A stretch of 56,542 nucleotides of DNA, the filler included, from Platydemus manokwari (lineage: Eukaryota), in assembly GCA_037951405.1 (NCBI GenBank). It is 6 parts of 6 records of this genome, joined end to end, with 100 filler letters (N's around TTAATTAATTAA, not from the genome) between each part and the next. Parts side by side here need not be neighbours in the genome. Positions count along the whole stretch, not along the records: positions 46,609 to 56,542 come from JBBMOY011187433.1; 5 more parts are not named here. The stretch is one strand, 5' to 3'. A program made the translations under genes and the position numbers. Below are positions 50,779-56,542 of the stretch, one piece after another. The notes beneath the pieces were generated by a model. It was given only the letters and a program-made list of their open reading frames with translations. It searched no databases and was not told where the DNA came from. Position 1 is the stretch's first letter; each line of letters starts with the position of its first letter.

Positions 50779-53700
50779 ATGTCTGATAAGACTTTAGCAA
50801 TTAGTTCAGATACCGTCTTCAAGAGGGTTAAAGTACTTTCAAAATGGCTTAATGTTAGTAGATATTATTTAATAATTTGCCATAAAACATTTTCTATTCA
50901 GAACGAGAAAGCTGAATCCCTATTAATTATAAATGGCAATGATAACATGGGTTATTCAAAGACAATGTCTATTCATGTTTGTTATTTATATAAATAATTA
51001 TAGTAAATTATATTATTGTCATTAGCAATGGCTCTTTGGTTATTCATTGCCAAATAGTGCATTTATTATATACGGTAAAAAAATGCACATATTTGCCAGT
51101 AGGAAAGTGTGTAATTTCCTGAAACCAGCTATGTCATCTGAAAAAGATATTGAAATTATTTTATTAGAAAAAAGTAAAACTGAAGACGATAAAGAAAATG
51201 CAAATAAATTTATCAAATTCATTGATAATTTAAATGTATGCTCAGAGTTCCTATCAATCCGTTACTAATATTCAAAATATTTAGATTTCATCCATTGGCC
51301 ATTTATCAAAAGATAATTTTGAGGGAAAATTTTTCGAAACAATGAAAGCAGCTGTTAAAAATATAAAATTAGAATTTGTAACTTTTAAAATAATATTTAT
51401 GAAAGAAAATGAATTTTTATTAATAGATAGATGTATCTGCTAGTATTTCCAATTTGTTTGCTGTTAAAGATGAAGAAGAGCTTGGTAAAATCAAAAAGGC
51501 CAGTGATGCTACATCAACGATTTTCAATAAGGAATTAAAAGAAACAATTCTAAATACCGTTGACGAAGGAAAAGTCCGTTTTATTTCTTAATTTTATTGT
51601 TGTTTAAATTAACATTTGATTATAGAAAATAAAACACAGTGAATTAACCACAAAAACTGAAAAATTCTTGGAAAAGTTTGCCAAAGGTGATATGGAAAGT
51701 TTGGATTTTTGTTATCCACCGATTATCCAAAGTGGAGGAAAATATAATCTTAAATTTAGTGTTGAAAGGTGTGACGATTTGGTATGAAATATGTTGGAAT
51801 TTAATGATTTTGTTTTGATAGTGATGATAACGTGTTACATTCGGGTGTTATTGTTTGTTCGATGGGGTTGAGATATGAATATTATTGTTCCAATGTTATT
51901 CGAACATTAATGATCAATGCCACTCCCGAACAAAAGCAATTGTACGAATATTTAGTGGATAAATTGTATGTTTATGCACTGGAACAAATCCAACCAGGTA
52001 TAAAATTGACTGGAAATTGACTTACGTGATTAACCATTCGAAATCAGGTAAACAATTTGGTGAAGTAAGTAAAGCCATAGAAAAAAAGTTCGCCTCAGAC
52101 AAGCCAGAGTTGTCCAAAAATTTAGTCAATTCATTCGGGTATTGAGTTTTCGTATGAATAATGATGGGATTAATGATTGATATCAGTTTTTCTGCCGGTG
52201 TCGAATTTAAGGACCGATTTCTTGTATTGACCAACAATTCTCAGAGCATTTTCAAAAAGAACATGGTTATAATTTTCAATATTGGAATACAAAATCTGGA
52301 AAATAAACTTGCCACTGATAAAAGGAGCAAAACCTATGCCATTTGGATTGGTGATACGATTGTTGTTGGTGGTGCTGATGTTAAAGGTGAAAATCCCGAA
52401 TTGGAAGTCGGTGGCAATCTCATTCTTACATCGATTGCCAAACGACGAAACAAACAGAATCTGTTTGCATTGAAGGACGATCCGATTGAGGATATTGGGA
52501 CTAATAAACCATTGGTAGATCTCGAGAATTATGGTCGTGGACAACGAAGAACTGCTGCACAAACGACTAAAGTAAGAAAATAACACAATTATTGAAGGAA
52601 TATCGATCAGGTGATTTTATATGGAATTTAGGTCGATGAAACTGATGAGATTAAACGGAAGGCTCATCAACAAGAATTATTCAAGAAACTGCTAGAGGAC
52701 TGTGAGAAACGCTTATTGGGGGTCAAAACATCGGATGATAATTCTAAACGAAAGAAAAATTACATTTCATACAAATCTCGAAATAATTTGCCAAAAGATG
52801 AAGCCATTTATAATTCACATCTGTTTATAGGTTTGAATTGATTATATTGGTGATATTTATGTGTGATTTATGCTATCCATTCTCATTTAGATAAACGCAA
52901 CCATTCAATGTTGCTGTATCCAAACGGGTCGATTTCCCCATTCCATATGAGTATCATTAAAAACGCTTCCTACACAGAAGAAGGAGATAAATCATATTTG
53001 CGACTCAACTTTAATGCTCAAGGATTCAATACTCTCGGTAAAACCATAATGGACGAAGTATATCATTAAATGGTTTCTGTTATGGGGTTCCATTAATAAT
53101 GTGTGTCTATTTTTAGAACACTGAAGATGTCTATCTGAAAGAAATCACCATCAAAACATCAAATTTGAAATTATCCAATTCCGCCGTCAATCTCAGTACT
53201 GCCCTGTCCAATATTTATCACACTTTTAAAGAAGAACAGAGACGATATAAGACATCTGAATTCCAGGCTCAGGAAAATGCTGATCTCGTTGCTCAAGACA
53301 GCATCATAATCAATCCAAGAAAAGAAGTTCCGAAATTGAAAGATCTTTTTATTCGACCAACAATGTCCAAACAGCGCATAACGGGCAATTTGGAATGCCA
53401 TCAAAACGGTTTAAGATTCGTCAGTAATAAAGGAGAAAATATTGATATTATGTTTAACAATATCAAACACGCCTTCTTTCAACCATGTGACAGAGAAATG
53501 ATTGTTTTGCTTCATTTCCATTTGAAGGTATGAGATTGATTAATAATTATTGATTTGTCCCCCCTCCCCCCTTATTATTATGTGAATATTTATTGAATTG
53601 AATGTGATATAGATAAGTTCGGATATATCAACTGTTTCATTTATTATAACAACACACGATCGATATGATTTGTTTGTTTTTTTTTTAATTTTTTAATGAA

Positions 53701-54788
53701 TTTTTATTTATTTTTTCGATGATTATTGTTTTGAGCATTTTGATTGGCGTGTATTTATTGGAGAGATTAACGGGAGATTATCATTTAGAATCCAATCATG
53801 TACAGCAAAAAGAAACAAACCGATATTCAATTCTACACTGAAGTCGGTGAAATGACCACTGATCTGGGCAAATTTAATCATATGCACGACAGAGATGATT
53901 TGGAATCCGAACAAAGAGAAAAGGAAATGCGAAAGAAAATCAATGAAGCTTTCTTGAGATTTTCACAGAAAGTTGAAGAAATATCACAGGGTCGAGTGGA
54001 TTTTGATCAACCATGGAGGAAATTGGGATTTATGGGATGTCCCAATCGATCTACCGTTCTACTTCAACCCTCTACTTCCAGTTTAGTTCAATTGACTGAA
54101 TGGCCACCATTTGTTGTTACCATGGATGAAGTAGAATTGGTTTTCTTTGAACGTGTGAATTTATCGAACAAAAGTTTCGATATGATCATCATTTTCAAAG
54201 ATTATAATGAGAAACCGGTCACGATCACATCGCTTCCGCAAGATAAATTGGATGATATCAAGAATTGGTTAAATCATATTGATTTGTTTTACTCAGAAGG
54301 TGGCAAAAGCTTGAATTGGGTTAAAATTATGAAGAATATCACTGATGATCCGAAGAAATTTCTCGAAGACGGTGGATGGGCTCCGTTATGTGGAGAGAGT
54401 GATGTGATGATTTATTTTGGCATCAATATTTTATTTACTTGTGATATTTTATATTTGTAGGAGGAATCTGAAGATGAAGACATGGAAGAAGATGAGTGTT
54501 ATGAACCTTCGGGTGCCAGTGGTGAGGATGGGTCAGATGAATCTGGTGAATCCGAAGAAGGAGATGATAGTGAATTTGAGGGTGATGAAGAGGAAGAATC
54601 AGACTCAGGAGAAGGTGAATTGGATTCGGATGAATCCAAAGGAATGGATTGGGATGATATGGAAGAGGAAGCTAGAAAGGGTAATTTTTTATTCACCAGA
54701 ATTATGAATGTTATTTAATTTATTATTTCCTCCAGCTGACCTGGAGAAGGACTTTGAAGATCCTCCAAGAAAGAAAAGAAAACACTAA
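50779..54788 (+). CDS. SUPT16H: FACT complex subunit SPT16
   Basis: 15 GT-AG exons: 50779-50853, 50902-50976, 51026-51235, 51285-51377, 51427-51573, 51626-51768, 51822-51997, 52048-52138, 52187-52571, 52632-52830, 52891-53057, 53117-53527, 53789-54403, 54461-54680, 54736-54788. Motifs YSKT..QWLFGY, CYPPIIQSGGKYNLKFS, MGLRYEYYCSNVIRT, PFHMSIIKNAS, GNLECHQNGLRF, IKHAFFQPCDREMIVLLHFHLK, QFYTEVGE, acidic tail GMDWDDMEEEARK, basic NLS-like end. Confidence 0.97.
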
Positions 54789-54841
54789 ATTTCCTGTCAA
54801 TTTTATTGTCTATAGATTTTATAGAGCATTTTTATAAAAAA

Positions 54842-54847
54842 AATAAA
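54842..54847 (+). terminator. Candidate polyadenylation signal AATAAA for SPT16
   Basis: AATAAA ~55 nt after the stop codon. Confidence 0.4.
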
Positions 54848-56542
54848 CATCGTTTGTTATGGCTCATAGATTCTCGAACCAAGCATCGTCGGTACTGGAC
54901 GTTATGTTTCATATCTTTGAAGCTAATTTCAAATATAAATATGATGTTTTAGCAAATTTTCTGTGGCTTACATTTATCATTGTAGATAATTGCTGATCTA
55001 TATTGTGTTAGAATCTATTTGTCATTTAATTTGTTAATAATGATGTCGTTTTTAATGTTTTTTTTAAAAATTCTTTTTAAGTGTGTTCACTAAAACATCC
55101 GTTGCAATGATTGATTGATTTGATAACTTCATGAATTAATGCATTCAAATGTTCGTTGATTTATTATCGTTCAAATTGTCTTGAAGTAACGTTTTTATTT
55201 CATTGATTTATGATCAGATTAATTCATTGAACCGAAAGTATTTATTAGGTTTCATTCGGGATGTCTTAACAGTCAGTTTAAAACATTATTTTTATATTTA
55301 AAAATATGAAAAAATACGATTTAATAGCTATTTGCAGTGTCTCGTTTGAATTATTGATTTTTCTAGGATTGCCTTTATATTCAATAAACAAAACAGAAGT
55401 GATTGGCAATATATAATCAAAAATAATAATATTTCTGCATTTATTGATTTAAAATTTAATTCTAATTGAGGTATTTTATCAAGATAATTTCGAAAACAAT
55501 TTGCTAGTTACTTCAGGATTTCATAAATAACATTAAAATATTAGATAAAACATTTTCACAGTTTGATCAATTGCATGGATGCCAGTTAGGAGATTTCCAT
55601 AAGTAAATTACAATTTGATTTAATCTTTCTAATTTTAATGCTTACCAGTGTCGTGTTTTGGTTATTAAACTGCGTTTTAATGAAAATCTACAAAGTAAGC
55701 CTAACTTTTCTTATGAATGTTATATAATTATAGTAATCTTCATAAAATTTCGAAAGTTGGTATTTCATGCTTGAAATTAGCTTTGGAGTATTCTGACTTA
55801 GATATATTTTTAACGGGTTAGTTTAAAATAATTCTTTGTAATAGTTTTTCATTTATGCGTGAAATGATAATTTGTTTTGGCTATTATTTGTTTTATATGA
55901 ATTTCTTAAACCTACAATAGTTAAACAATTATCTAAGATTTTTCTCTTGTTATCATATTTTATCATTTAAACAACATTTATTTTTAATATTAAATCTTAA
56001 TTATCTTAATGATATTTGTTTGAGTAGACATATTTCAAAGTGATTTTAGTTCATTACTTTAAAGATTTAAAGTTAAATTCAGGTAAATAGCTGTTTAATT
56101 TACATTGTTATACAAAATAAGTTCATACATTATAATAACTCCATAAAACTTATTTCTAAACATTGAAATATTTTAAATACAATCCAATCTTTGCATTTAT
56201 ACCAGATTTGTCAAGTGGTTAAGATTAAAAATCAAAACACATTTGAATTTAAATGAGGTCAATTTTAATTGTTTATCTAGAATAAATAAATGTTTTCATG
56301 AACACTGTAAAAGGAAATTAGACAGATAAAAATCAATACTTAATAATGTTATTAGTCTTTGATTAAGATGAAGAATTGATATATTGATCGAATTTAAATT
56401 TAAAATAATTAATTTCGTTTAATCCTATTCAATTAATAAAAACTAGACAATATATTAAAGTTCTAAGGATTAAACGGTCTCTTAAACTTCAAAAGTAAGA
56501 ATTATTTAATGCAATAATATCATATAACAGAATTCTGAAAAG

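Overview
Very AT-rich eukaryotic (animal) DNA with many short 45-60 nt GT-AG introns. A free-living flatworm (planarian) origin is plausible but is inference. The window is not contiguous: six ~9-10 kb contigs are joined by identical 100-bp artificial spacers (N44-TTAATTAATTAA-N44). Intact-looking host genes: the 3' half of CFAP57/WDR65, a small coiled-coil gene weakly resembling the EVI5 C-terminus, a multi-domain saposin-like (SAPLIP) gene, a CRAL-TRIO (TTPA-like) gene, an intronless 1095-aa channel fusing N-terminal ankyrin repeats to a TRPM-type body, and a complete 15-exon SPT16. Decayed material: kinase and tandem C-type-lectin pseudogenes, hAT, Chapaev3-type and Ty3/Gypsy remnants, a fossil Polinton/Maverick segment with a penton-like gene, and a well-preserved AGTAGT-terminated 31-bp inverted-repeat structure beside a zinc-finger ORF. 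Most interesting: the ankyrin-TRPM chimeric channel, a half-saposin unit that lost exactly two of three disulfide pairs, the Polinton-like end structure, and a candidate 18-nt microexon in CFAP57. All homology calls are by eye from remembered motifs; no searches were run.
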